Below, piece after piece: positions 12,048-23,725 of a stretch of 45,581 nt of DNA. A model generated the notes under the pieces. The model saw only the letters and a program-made list of their open reading frames with translations, was not told the origin of the DNA and ran no database searches. The position numbers and the translations under genes were made by a program. This DNA comes from Lophium mytilinum (lineage: Eukaryota). Numbering within the stretch: position 1 is the first letter of the stretch; each line of letters begins with the position of its first letter. The stretch lies in contig MU004192.1 of NCBI GenBank assembly GCA_010093605.1, positions 1,467,920 to 1,513,500 on the forward strand. Reading direction: 5' to 3'.

Positions 12048-13784
12048 GGGGTGTAGTCGAGCATACGGGAAAGTCGCATGTACGATAGTTTAGGAGAACA
12101 ATGAATGACTAGCTGTTGAGAATGAACTAGCTTTCCGGGCTGCATCAGCGAAGCAACTCATCAACATGAACCATCAAGCTAGTCCTGTTTACGAAGATGT
12201 ATGGAGGATCTGTATTCAGTACCTTTGACTATAATTAACGCTTGTCGCACTGCAGGGGCTCCTGCTGCTGTCAGCTTGTCAAACGTGTGAAGGTGGTACA
12301 AAATTCGGCTGACAGACCATGTTCTACTAAATTAATTAAACAGCAACTTGACCAAGTAGCACTACATGAGCGATCTTGATCTTTCGCCCGTATATAGACA
12401 TGTTCACAGAAGACTTACATGTATGGCCCTGCGGCTTGACGAGGTGTGCTGCGATTCCTCCGGAGATTTGCAGTGCCCTGGAGCCACCGTGCATGCATAA
12501 TCTGATGAACGAAGGCCCCCTAGCGTAATGTCACCTAGGAGCCTCTTACGAAATAGCAGCGGAGCTGAAGTGAGACTGGGAGGACTGGATATATAACCAC
12601 TCGGGGGCAAATGCGATGCACCCCGCAGATTGGCCAGCGTGCAGCCCTCGTGCAGGCTTCATCGTTACCGGATGACCCGCATTAGGGCCCGCGACGCGCA
12701 GACCGTGTGGCAGGCGTTTGTGGGCGGGCTCTGCTTCTGCCAACTGGTTCGACGTGGCCGTTCAGGCCTCCAAATGGCAGAAGTGCGTATGGAGTGCTGA
12801 TTGGCAGGCGGGAATGGCGTGGCAAGGGGCGCTCGGTCGCGTTTTCAACTCTCAACCACCCACGTCCCGCTGTGTCTGCTCACCGCGACCGACGCTCAAG
12901 GGCACTGAGGGCCACGGTCCGCGCTGCGCAGATGGAGGGCAAGAGCGGGCGGCGGCGTGGCCGGCGAGTGGTACTGTACTTAGCTGATGGCCTGCGGCTC
13001 GTGTGTGTGTGCTGGTCACTACTGCTGCGGTTTGTGCTTCCCAGGACTTTCTCCCTCACTGAAGGCGCGCTGGAGGGGCTTTCACTTCCGTCTTCTTCAG
13101 CTGTGGATGCCGTCCGTGATGTAATAATCTCTCTCTTAATCATAATACTCTCGTTTCCCCATCTCCCGTTTCCACGTCTCCGGGGCGTTTTTCCCAAGTC
13201 GTCAACGGCAGCATCCATCGTGCTTTCCCCATTCGTATCGCCGAGATTCCAACGACACACCATCGCTCGCTCCCCCAAATCGCTCCCTGCTGGACAGACT
13301 GAGGAGTGTTGACAGGCAATGCAAAGGCCGGACGAGAAAGAGGAGAATGCAAGTTTGTGAGAGCAATAAGAAAAGGACAAAGTACCCGGGGTTGGTTCCT
13401 TTCGATCATCGCCAATTGCAGAAGAAGCCACATAAGAGACTGGTTCTAGAAAAAGAAAGACAGAGGACAAGAGCTAGGAGAAGAAGAAAGTTTGGTCTGG
13501 GATGAATTGAGGGCTGATTACTTGTCTGGCACAGCTACTGCGTTTGGGATTCGCCGTCCGTCCAGATTGAGAGGCGTCACCACCAAGCCGCACGAAAACG
13601 AGATGCCCCCGTCGCAATCCAAGTGTCCAACCTCTTTTACGAGCAGTCTTGCAGAGGGACGTTAGCGGTGTAGACCGAAGAGTGGGCGCTGTGTACGGAA
13701 GAGGCCTCGGAGGACGACCGGCGACGGCGGTAGAGACGAAGTGCAGGCGAAGGCACATAGGGCATCAGAGGGTTCCTCGCAGCC

Positions 13785-16700
13785 ATGGCGACGTATCATG
13801 CATATACGCCTGTTCACATGCAGGCGTTCCATCGCGTCTCGTCGCCGATTACGCCGGTTCATTCCCCCCATCAGTCACTCTCCTCAACCCCCTCGCGCAC
13901 TCCCGTGCACACCCTCACCCTCCACGAGTACCGCAAGCAGCAATCCACGCCCAGTCCGCACACGGCGAGCCCTGCAAGGAGTTTGAAGCGTAAAGCTGCG
14001 ACTTCGAGGCTCGGCTCCCTCGAACGAGTGCCGTTGGTGCAGTCTTCGCCGTCGTTGAGCTCAACGAGTCTCGTCACGCGCTCGCCGCCCGGCCACCGTC
14101 ACCCTCAAAGTGAGTTTCTAACCTTCCGCCCCACCTCTTCCGTCTGTCGCTCCTCCACCTCCACCTCCTACCTACCTCCACCTCCACGTTCACCCCGCAC
14201 TCACAACACCAATCTTTGTAGCCCTCTCGTCTACATTCACGCGAGGTCAAGGTTAGTCTCTACGCAGTACAACTGCTACCGTCTTCCTCTCCTCCACCTC
14301 CGCCTCCTCTAACACCTCCGACTTCGCCATGCGCATGTACTAACAACGCTTCCTCCGCAGCCATCTCATCGGCTTCGGCGAATCACGCCCAAGGTTAGTT
14401 TCTACGCGGTTCATCTCCGCCTCTCCTCCCCTCTCTCCCATGTCCGCTTCAACTTCGCGTCAAATTTGTGAATCTGCTGTTGACACCAGCTCGCCGCAGC
14501 GGACTCTCCCGCTTCAGCGAACTACAGTCAAGGTTTGTGATTTCTTTTCCTTCCACCTCCCTCTCCCCATCTCCCCCACCCCCCTCTGCGTAAACTTGGC
14601 CTCGAAGATGTGAGCTGGCTATTGACGCCATCTCTCCGCAGCGGCTTCGCCCGCTTCACCACACTACAGTCCAGGTTTGCTATCTCCGCCCCATCGCTTT
14701 CCGTACTCCTCCTCTCCACCTTCACCCCCAGCCCTCATCTTGCTGACAGCGCAGATTCCGGAGTGCTCTCGTCTGCTTCGGCATATCAAGGTCCAGGTTA
14801 GTTTCGCTCCACCCCGTCCGCTTCCATCATGCTCTTATCTGCCTCCATCTCGACTGCTCTCAACAATCTTGCACGCTGACAACATCAATTTTCGGTAGAC
14901 CCCTCGCCTTCATCAACGCACCACGCCTACAGGGCACTGCCATCATACAATCCATCGACAAGCGAAGCTGGAGATGCTGATGGATCTTTGACGACACAGC
15001 AGCATCCTCAAAAGGTACTGTACTTCAAAGCAATTAAGCGCCTCCCAAAGCCTCTGCCCTTGCCCGCGTCCTACTCTTCCCGCACATATCCTGCGACCTA
15101 CCCATCCTTTCCCCCCAACTCTGCTCCCTCACCCCCATTCGACAACTCTCCGCCTCGCCTGTGGGCAGAGAGATCTTCAGAAAACCCAACGACTTCGACG
15201 GGTCAGCTGCGCTTCAGCGCAGGACAGACGACTGCTTCTACTGTGTCGTTGTCGAGGTTCCCGTACCCACCGCCTTCTCCCTACGCTTTCTCTGCTCAGC
15301 AGCCCTTGGATTCGTTCTCTGCGCCTACGCACATCAAAATTACGACGACTGCTCCCGCAACGCCTCCTGCGACACCTGCGATCTTGCACTATCGAGGTGC
15401 TTCCTTCGATTTGATCAATCCGCACAACTCTCTAGGCCTCCATGATATTGTAACGCCTGGAGGTGACGTAGAGCCTGACGACGGTGACTATTTTCCCGAC
15501 CGACAATCCGACGAGTATTCCCGAGACCATAACACCGAGCTTACAATCCGACCAAACCCGCATTTGGAGATCAAGATGGCCCCTCCGCGTCGGGTCTACA
15601 CCGACCTGAAGTCTGCTCACCTACAAATCGCCCGTCCCTCTCCCTTCCCAGCAAATGGCAGTCCGAACGTCAACGCTCCGCTGCCCCCCGAGCCTGTCAC
15701 CCTGAGGAATCCGATCAGACCGGATTCGCCTTTCTTTCCTGATCTAGCTCCACGCCCACTCAATATCCACAAACCCACCATGGCCTCTCGATCGGAAAAG
15801 GCGTTCAAGCGTCTTTCAAGCACATTCTCGAAGAGAAATTCGCGAACTAAGAAAGAGTTACTGGGGGTAGACTTGGAGGCAGCATCACGGAGTCGCGCTT
15901 CTCGCACATCCGGTGTATATGCCAGACCACTCAGCCGTGGCAACCGATCAGCATCCGCGATCCCAGCCGTCGATATTCAGGGGACTGAGGATACCCGTGG
16001 AGGGGTCACATCAGAGACAGCTTTGGTGTATTCCCAGCAAGCTGAAGATCATGTCTCGGTCTACTCTGACGAAAATGATACTTACCAGCACTCCCTATGG
16101 GACGGAAGCAACCAGGATCGCCGTAGCCTTCCACACGGCTATCGCACCAAGGCGATTGACTACTCCGGCGAGGTGAATCCCGATTCCTACCTGTATGAGA
16201 ACGACAGATCGGCGCGTACGAGCGCGCGCTTGTCACGCGGGAGAGTCCCCTCAGAGTTCCCGAGCGAGCAGACAGAGCAGACTGATACCCTCGGGAGGAT
16301 CGTCGATGGATACAACTATCCCGTCACATCGAATGAGACACGCCTAGTCAGTCTTGAAGGCAGCTCTCTCCCAAGCCCGCTCCCAAGACTTAGCTCTAGC
16401 TTGGCAAAACTGGACTTTGATCTGCGAACTAGCCAGTATAGCAACATGTCTGACGCTAATGGCCCAGCGGTCGGAAACATGTACAGTCGGAGGCAGACCA
16501 TGTTCAAGAGCCCAGGGTCCCCGCCAGGATCACCTCTTCCCCTAGGACCTCCAATCAAGCTTGGACAACCACGACCTTCCTTTGATAACCGGACGCCGTC
16601 ATCGGAAGTGCTCTCCACCGAGACTTCGTATGGGGATACCCGTCATCTACTTGGAATGTCCCGAGCTTTCGAGGTCCCAAATGTTCCTCGAATCCCGGAT

Positions 16701-18707
16701 CGCTTTCTCAGCCATAGTGTGCCGATTGTCCCTTTCAGCAAACCCGAGCCGAGTGACACAGACGCTAGACGTTATAGCACGAATCCTTTCATTCCCGGAG
16801 CTTTGGAGCCTTCTTCATCTTACTCCCAAGAGCTAGCCACCACTCCACCAGAAGCGCTAGCTACGGCTGATCGTATCTTCGAGCACACTCGCAATGAGGC
16901 TAAGAAGCCCTCTATACCCACCCTCTGGAAGTCTGATTCGTTGTCTGGCATCTCCTTCCCGCAGCCCGAAGAGCCAGTTGAGCGAACGTCTCCCGGAAGA
17001 AATTCGTTAGAAGACTTTGTCGACGAAGACAATGAGCGGGATTGGATCACGATCAACGAGCGACGAGATGTTCATAGAGATTCTGGTGACAGTATCGCTG
17101 ATTATTCAAGTCGAGACCCCAGCTACGACGAAGATCGGCAAGTCGTTGTGCATCCCGGAGTACCATCCATTCCTCATGAGTACAAGAAGACCCAACTGGA
17201 GTCGGGCGAGACCGTGTTGCTCCCTGTTTATGGAGGAACGCGACTGCCCACAATGAATGCGCTTCCCAGGAACTTTTCGGCACCATACAGACACCCAAGC
17301 CCACTGGATGACCACGAACATCCATTCGACTCTTCTCCGCCTACCATGAACACTGGAAGAGCACGAGAAAGCTATGGACCATTCGCACTCGACGACCTCA
17401 ACCTCAGCCCCACTCCGAAGGCAGGCGAACTCAGCGATGACAGCGATGACAGCGAGGTACCTCGCCCACCAGCACGAATGGGAAAGCGTCGCGACGATGT
17501 AGGGAACGGTGGCGTGCAATACGAATTCACTGAAAAGGAGATGTTAGATGCTGGGCCCAATGACGATATCATCTATGGTAGTCAAGCTCTCCCCTCGTCG
17601 AGCCACTACGGTGATAGTAGGTCTTTCTCGTCAGGTCGCGCCGAACCTGCGACTATGAGCACGCTTGCACAAGAGCGCGATAATTCTTTCGCGAAACTGA
17701 CCATTCTCGGTCCCAAAGGCAACTTGACTGGAACGCCTCTTGGTACCGGCATGCGAGAGGTTGGCAGCAGCCTAGCCGACTCTAGTAGTCCTGGAGCCGC
17801 ATTCTATTCGACTCCCATTCGCGACCACAGGACCAATATCTTAGGATCTTCGCCTTTCTCCGGAATGACTTCCCCTCGCGCATATGCGTCCAGCCCGTAC
17901 TCTCCTTTTCCAACACCTGATCGGAATTCTCGGAACTCCAGCTTGGCTCGAGGTGCTAGCTATTCGTCGAACCATGTCCCGGTATCTCCCACGGAGTCCG
18001 TGTACTCTACCTACGAAAATCAGCCTAGGTTTCATGTGAAGCCGTTGAATCTCGGGCAGGATCCGAACGAAATCGAGCTCCAGGATATCAGCCGCAACGG
18101 CTCGATTGGTCGCGGGAATTACACACCAGCCCATGATGGATCGAAGTCCAAGCGGTCTTCAGTGGCTAATCAGACGGGATTACGCGAGCTTCGCCTTGCC
18201 AGCACTCCAGTCCGACTAGCCAGTGCTCCGCTCCAGGCTGTCACTGTCTTGCCACGCCTCGCTCCCGATACGGCTACAATCTCCTCGAATAGGTCTAGGA
18301 TGACCCGAATGAGCGACCTTATGCACATTAGGGCCTTTGCTACCTCCCAGCAACCTCTCCGCGAGTACCGACAGCCTGTTGCGCCTCTTGCACAGGAACA
18401 TAGCCCGCACTTGCTAGCTAACCCGCATCTCGTCACACCAGTGGTCATCAAGCGCCTCAACCGGGTCTCGTGGATCTATTTCGCTGCATGCTGCGTCGTT
18501 CCGCTGGCTCTTTTCCTATACCCCTACGGCTTTGGCGACCTCCTCGTCACCCTCCACAGCAAGTGCTTCTACCAGGAGTCCGGAGATGTGTTTCGGAAGG
18601 CTGGATATAGGCAGAAGGCTATTGCTGTCTGGGCTGGACCTGTTTGGACCATCGCCCAGATTCTGATCATTGTGTTCGTCACTTTGGCCTGCTACAAGGT
18701 CATCTGA
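13785..18707 (+). CDS. Large Ser/Pro-rich, mostly disordered protein with two C-terminal transmembrane segments, ~1434 aa; predicted exons 13785-14109, 14222-14251, 14361-14393, 14500-14532, 14642-14674, 14755-14796, 14899-18707
   Basis: The 1239-codon open frame ends in two hydrophobic stretches. The upstream ATG exon (LTLHEYRKQQ) is linked by six GT-AG introns, all phase 1, giving a stop-free 4305-nt CDS. Function unknown. Confidence 0.8.
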
Positions 18708-18908
18708 GGAACCCCAGGTACCTCTTTGGACTTGGACTATGGTGATTTTTCTACTAATTCTGACTTTACGGTGATTTTGAATGGCGTTGGAATGGGGTTT
18801 TGCATAGGCAGGCTGCCTCGACAGAGGATTAACTAGGTAGTTGATGAATAGCCGAGCCAATAGGATGCAAATCAAAATAAAACTAGTATATCTTATACTC
18901 TCTCTTGC

Positions 18909-21125
18909 CACCGTCTGAGGTGCCTTGTGAAGCTTCTATAGACCCGGAAACCGTGCTTTTGGAATATCGGTAAGCTCGCGAGGCCACCTCAGACGGTGCT
19001 GAAAAGGTGTATACAAAACGGTCGTATACGGTTGAGGTGTTTGTTTTTCGTTCCTTTTGCCACTATCTGAGGTGCCTTATAATGTTTTTGTAGAGCTGGA
19101 AACCGTACTTTTGGAATATCGGTAAGTTCGCTAGGCCACCTCAGCCGGTGCTGAAAAGGTGTATACAGACCGGTCGTACGCAGTTGAGATGTTTGTTTGT
19201 TGCTCTTATTTCTCACTTTGACCTTACTTCGCGATGATTTTGGTTGGAGTTTGCTTGGGCAGGCTGGATTCAATGGGGTTCATCATGCGCCAACCTATGG
19301 AAGATTAAAGGGCGATTAGTCAATGGATGGTAAGTGAGATGCTAGTGGTATAAAGTTCGTGTATGTTGTACCCTTTCTTGCCACTGTCTGAGGTGGCTCA
19401 GGATGCTTCTACAAATCCGGAAATCATGCTTTGTAGCAGTCAGAAAGCTTGTCAGGCCACCTCAGACGGTGTCGGAAAGGTGCATATAAACCGGAGACGC
19501 TATGTCGGATGTGAGTGTTTTGAGAAATGATCGTACGCAGTTGAGATTATACAATCCTCTTTTCCTCATTTTTACAATTCCCTACCGCTGTCTGAGGTGG
19601 CTCAAGATGCTTCTACGAAACTGAAAGTCGTGCGTTTATATTGTCCGTTAAATCGCTAGGCCACCTCAGACGGCGCTGGAAAGGTGTACGTACACACACC
19701 GGAGACGCTATTTTGGGTGTATGTTTGAAAGATGATTGCACATAGTTAAGATTGTACACGCCTCTGATCTTTATCTTTACAAACCTTTGACGCTGTCTGA
19801 GGTGGCTCAGGATGCTTCCACGACTTTGAAAATCATGCTTTTCAACGGTCAGGAAGCCTGCCAGGCCACCTCAGACGGTGTTAGGAAGGTATACACAGAC
19901 CGAGGATGCTATATCGCGATGTGCAGATCGTCTTATACAGTTGAGATTGCACGCTTCTCTCTTCCCTATCCTTGCAAACCTTTGACACTGTCTGAGGTGG
20001 TTCAGGGTGCTTCTACGAATCCGAAAATCTTGCTTTTCAATGGTTAGGAAGCTCGTCAAGCCACCTCAGACGGTGTTGGAAAGGTGTATGCAGGCCGAGG
20101 AGGTTATCCTCGAGACGTGCAGGTGTGAATGGGCGAGAGGTGAACGGTTGAAATTGCACACTTCTATCTTCCTATCCTTGTAATCTTTTGCCACTGTCTG
20201 AAGTGGCTTAGGGTGCTTCTTCGAATCCAGATCTAATGCTTTTGGACGGTCAGGCAGCTGGCCAGGCCAACTCAGGCAGCGCCGAACGATTGTACGTGCG
20301 ACTGGAATTGCTAATACGCAACGTCGCAAACATCAAAATGGTCTATGGCTTTACACACTCGATGCTAAACCTTCCTCCTTTCTCTCTTTCATCTCATCGA
20401 TAACCAAGATACGTACACTGTTCTGACACCGTTTGTGGTGCCTCAAAGAGCTTTCAATTTTATAAAAGAGGCTGGTTTGAACAGCCAGTAAGCTTGCCAG
20501 GACACCTCAGACAGCACTGAAAGGATGTACACGGACTGTAGATGCTGGAATACTACCTCTCAAGTATCACTGCTTACGAGATTTACACATCTAAGATTAC
20601 GCGCTTCTCTCTTCTCTCGCCTTCTACAATCAATGTCTGTACCCTCTTTTGACACCGTTTGTGGTGCCCTGAGGAGCTGTCAAGAACCTAAAGAAGATGG
20701 TTTTGGACAACTGTTCGGCTCCCAAGGCCACCTCAGACAGCGTTGAACATGTGTACACGGGGTGGAAGTGCTAATATACAAGGCCTATAAACTAAATATC
20801 GCACGCCTCTCTCGCCTCGCCTCTTCCTCCTTTTTCATCTAACGTACGTACATACGTTTGATACCGTTTGGGGTACCTCAAAGAGTATTCATGAACCTTG
20901 ATAGTCTCACTTGGAACAAGCGGTCGGCTCGCAAGGCCACCTCAGGCAGCGCTGAACATGTGTGCACGCGTTGGAAGTGCGCACTTATCCCATCTCTCTT
21001 CCTTGTCTGCAATCGAATATGTACCGTTGTTTGAAACCGCCTGTAGCGCCTCGAACATCATCCGAGGACCCGAAAAAAGGTCGATTTGAACGGTCAGGAA
21101 GCCCGTTGGGCCACCTCAGACAGTG
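18909..21125. repeat. Array of 11 diverged units, each with a 90-bp core bounded by 16-bp inverted arms
   Basis: Cores at 18909, 19061, 19382, 19586, 19791, 19986, 20192, 20427, 20653, 20862 (90 bp each) and 21035 (91 bp). Arms approximately CACYGTCTGAGGTGGC ... GCCACCTCAGACGGTG. Confidence 0.92.
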
Positions 21126-21292
21126 CCGAAGATGTGTACGCAGACTAGAATGATACAGTTACGACATCCGAGTACGGCTGTTCGAAAGATCAATGTAAAC
21201 GTATATGATTGAAATTGCTGCTAGAAAAGCAGCAAACTATTGCGATGTCTAGGCTTGTAGATCAGAACGCACTTTTTCAAGTCATCGATTCA

Positions 21293-23200
21293 TCTAAGGA
21301 CTCTCATGCATATATAACATCTGAAGTTTGCTGATGTCATTCCCAAAGGCCACAGACCGGAATCTCTCTTTTCTAGACGTTTTCAACCTTCTGAGCGCTC
21401 TCATGCCTATCCAACATTTGAATTCTCAGGATGTCATTTCCGGAGCCTGCAGATTATGATGACTCTTTTCTTCACGCATTCGGTCGTCTGAGGACTCTCA
21501 TGCCTATTCAACACCCAAGGTCTTAGAATGTCATTTCCACGGGCGACAGATTAGATTGCATCTTTCTGGGCATGTCTAATCATCTGAGGACTCTCGCGCC
21601 CAATCAACGCCCAACTCCTTAGGATGTCAATTCCGGGAGCTACAGAGTGAAGTCATCTTCTTGAGAACCTAATCCTCTCATGTAGATGATGCAGCATCAC
21701 TATCTACAGGTATAAGGCTACCGTTCCGACGACGCAAATAACCTCCTGTAGCCTCTCAAGCCTACTCATCTTTTCAGATCTTAGATGACATTTCTGCGTG
21801 CTGGAGATTGGAGACTGCTCTTTGAAGACCCGATATCCCGTCTCTATAGCGCTGCATCATCATCTGAAGGCGTAAGATTGTCGTTTTGAAACCGTAGGCA
21901 ACGGTCCCTGGCCTTCCAGGCCTATTCATCTTCCGAAATCGTAAATGCTATTTTCGCGGAGGTCCAAATCGGAACTCCTCTTTCTAGGGGTGGTTCGCGA
22001 TCTGAAGGCTCTTTCATCTATCCACCTTTTGAATTGGCATGATAGTATTCTTGGGGGCTGCAGATTAGAAGCTATTATTTGATGGCCTATTTCTCATCTC
22101 CATGGCGCTGTATCTTCATTGGGACGTGCAGCACTCTTATTTGGATAACATAGGTAATCATCCATGGTCTTCTAGGCCTATTCATATTACGAAAATTTGA
22201 TTGATATCTCCACAAAGGTGTATATTGTAACACTGCTTTTCTGGGCATTTTTAGCCATCTGAGGACTGTTCGACTTATTGGTCTGTCGAAACCTCATTAT
22301 GTCATTCTTTCAAGACTGTCCATCGGACGTACGCTAATTACATCACGAAACCCTATCTCTTTGGCCGAGCAACACGATACAGAGGCGTCATTTCGTTGTT
22401 CTACCAACGTATAAAACCATTTGAAGAGTTTGTGGCCTTTCTAGATTCAAATTTGCATAATGTCACGTTTTCAAGCCTGTGAATCTACCTAGTCTCCGTC
22501 TGCTACATATAGATACTCTATCTCTCTTTCTAGGTATTACGTTTTGCAGGCGTTCATTAGTTGCTTTAATAGTTTGAAAAAGTATTTGAAGACTCTCTAG
22601 ACCAGTTCGTTCTTGATTACACACGATGTTATATTCATGAGCCTGTGGATTAGGGCTCCTTCCCGTGTATCGCTATCTCCTATAGATTTGGTCGAGCAAC
22701 ACGAGTTATATTAGACCGCTCGAAGCTTTGAAAACATATAGGAAAGTCTGAAGATCTGGCCTATGTAAGTTCGAATATGTATCATGTCATGCTCTTTTAC
22801 CCGTGATCTAGGTTTCTGTCTTTCACATGACAACATTATATTTCTTTCACCGAGCGAAACAAGTTGAACATGAGCCATCCTTTTTTTTGATAACGTACCG
22901 AACATCTGAAGACTCTCTGGTCCATCAGGTTTGAAATCCAGACGAAGTCATACTCTCAAACCGTTGAATTGCGTCTCTGACCCTTGCAAACCAATGTGCC
23001 AATATCATGTCCTTTCAGGTCAGCATGTTCTACCTTTCTGGCACTGTTAGAGGTCCTCTATCGACCTAAAAATATTCCAGACGGAAGCCAGGATTCTTTC
23101 CCTTCGAATCTGACCTCGCAGTTCCAAGCCGTTTTGATTACTTCTCACCAACGTCTAGAGGCCTTTGCTACCTTGAAAATCTCCCGCAAGAATGTGAAAA
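21293..23200. repeat. Second diverged tandem repeat family (~97-bp then ~160-bp period)
   Basis: A TCTGAGGACTCTCATGCC-like anchor occurs at 21293, 21390, 21487 and 21583. Degenerate anchors occur at 22258, 22420, 22585, 22747 and 22905. The GATGTCATTTCC...CAGATT segment recurs. Confidence 0.8.
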
Positions 23201-23725
23201 CTTTCCCTTTTAGATCTTAACGCGCAAGTTTACGCCGTTTCAGTCACTGTTTGGCGCCGTTTGTGGTGGTCTAGCAACATCTTATCAACCAGGATAGGAT
23301 ATAAGAAATCTCACTCTACGATTCAAGCCTATGGAGAAACGGTGACTCGACACACTCAGTCTTTGCTCGTGTCTTGAATCTGATAGATTGCATTGCGGCT
23401 CTGAAGCTTTGATCATGCCGTTTGTGGTGCTCCAGTATACCAATAGAAACGCGGAGCAACGGGTTTCAGATTTGGGGGGTGTAGACTTTTCTATCGCTGC
23501 CTGAGGTGGCCCAGCAAGCTTTCTGCGACGCGAAACTGCTCGTATCCTAGGTGCAATATTTACAGCGTCCTAAAACACCGAACTGAGCATTTCGGGGACT
23601 CTGCAATCTGATTGGTCGACATTTTCCGAAATCTTGGCGGCGAAATTTATGTCTTGGCCGCTGCGAACTTCATCCCACCACCAACCTTGCTCTCCGCAGT
23701 ACTCAACCCACCCTCGCAGTTCGCC

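Noticed and set aside
12707..13470. Overlapping ~200-aa ORFs on both strands
   Set aside because: Low-complexity translations with no motifs. More likely the promoter or 5' leader of the gene at 13785, though not excluded without RNA data.
14988..14990. ORF-track start of the 1239-aa ORF
   Set aside because: It is a TTG inside an exon. The frame opens at a splice acceptor (14898) and links to the ATG at 13785.
18909..21125. CRISPR-like or integron-like reading of the cassette array
   Set aside because: The context is eukaryotic, spacers and linkers are homologous to each other rather than unique, repeats are degenerate, and no cas or integrase gene is in the window.
19736..21153. Short ORFs in the repeat array (e.g. 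19736-20047, 20066-20329)
   Set aside because: They are by-products of the DNA repeat. The frame is not maintained between units and most use non-ATG starts.
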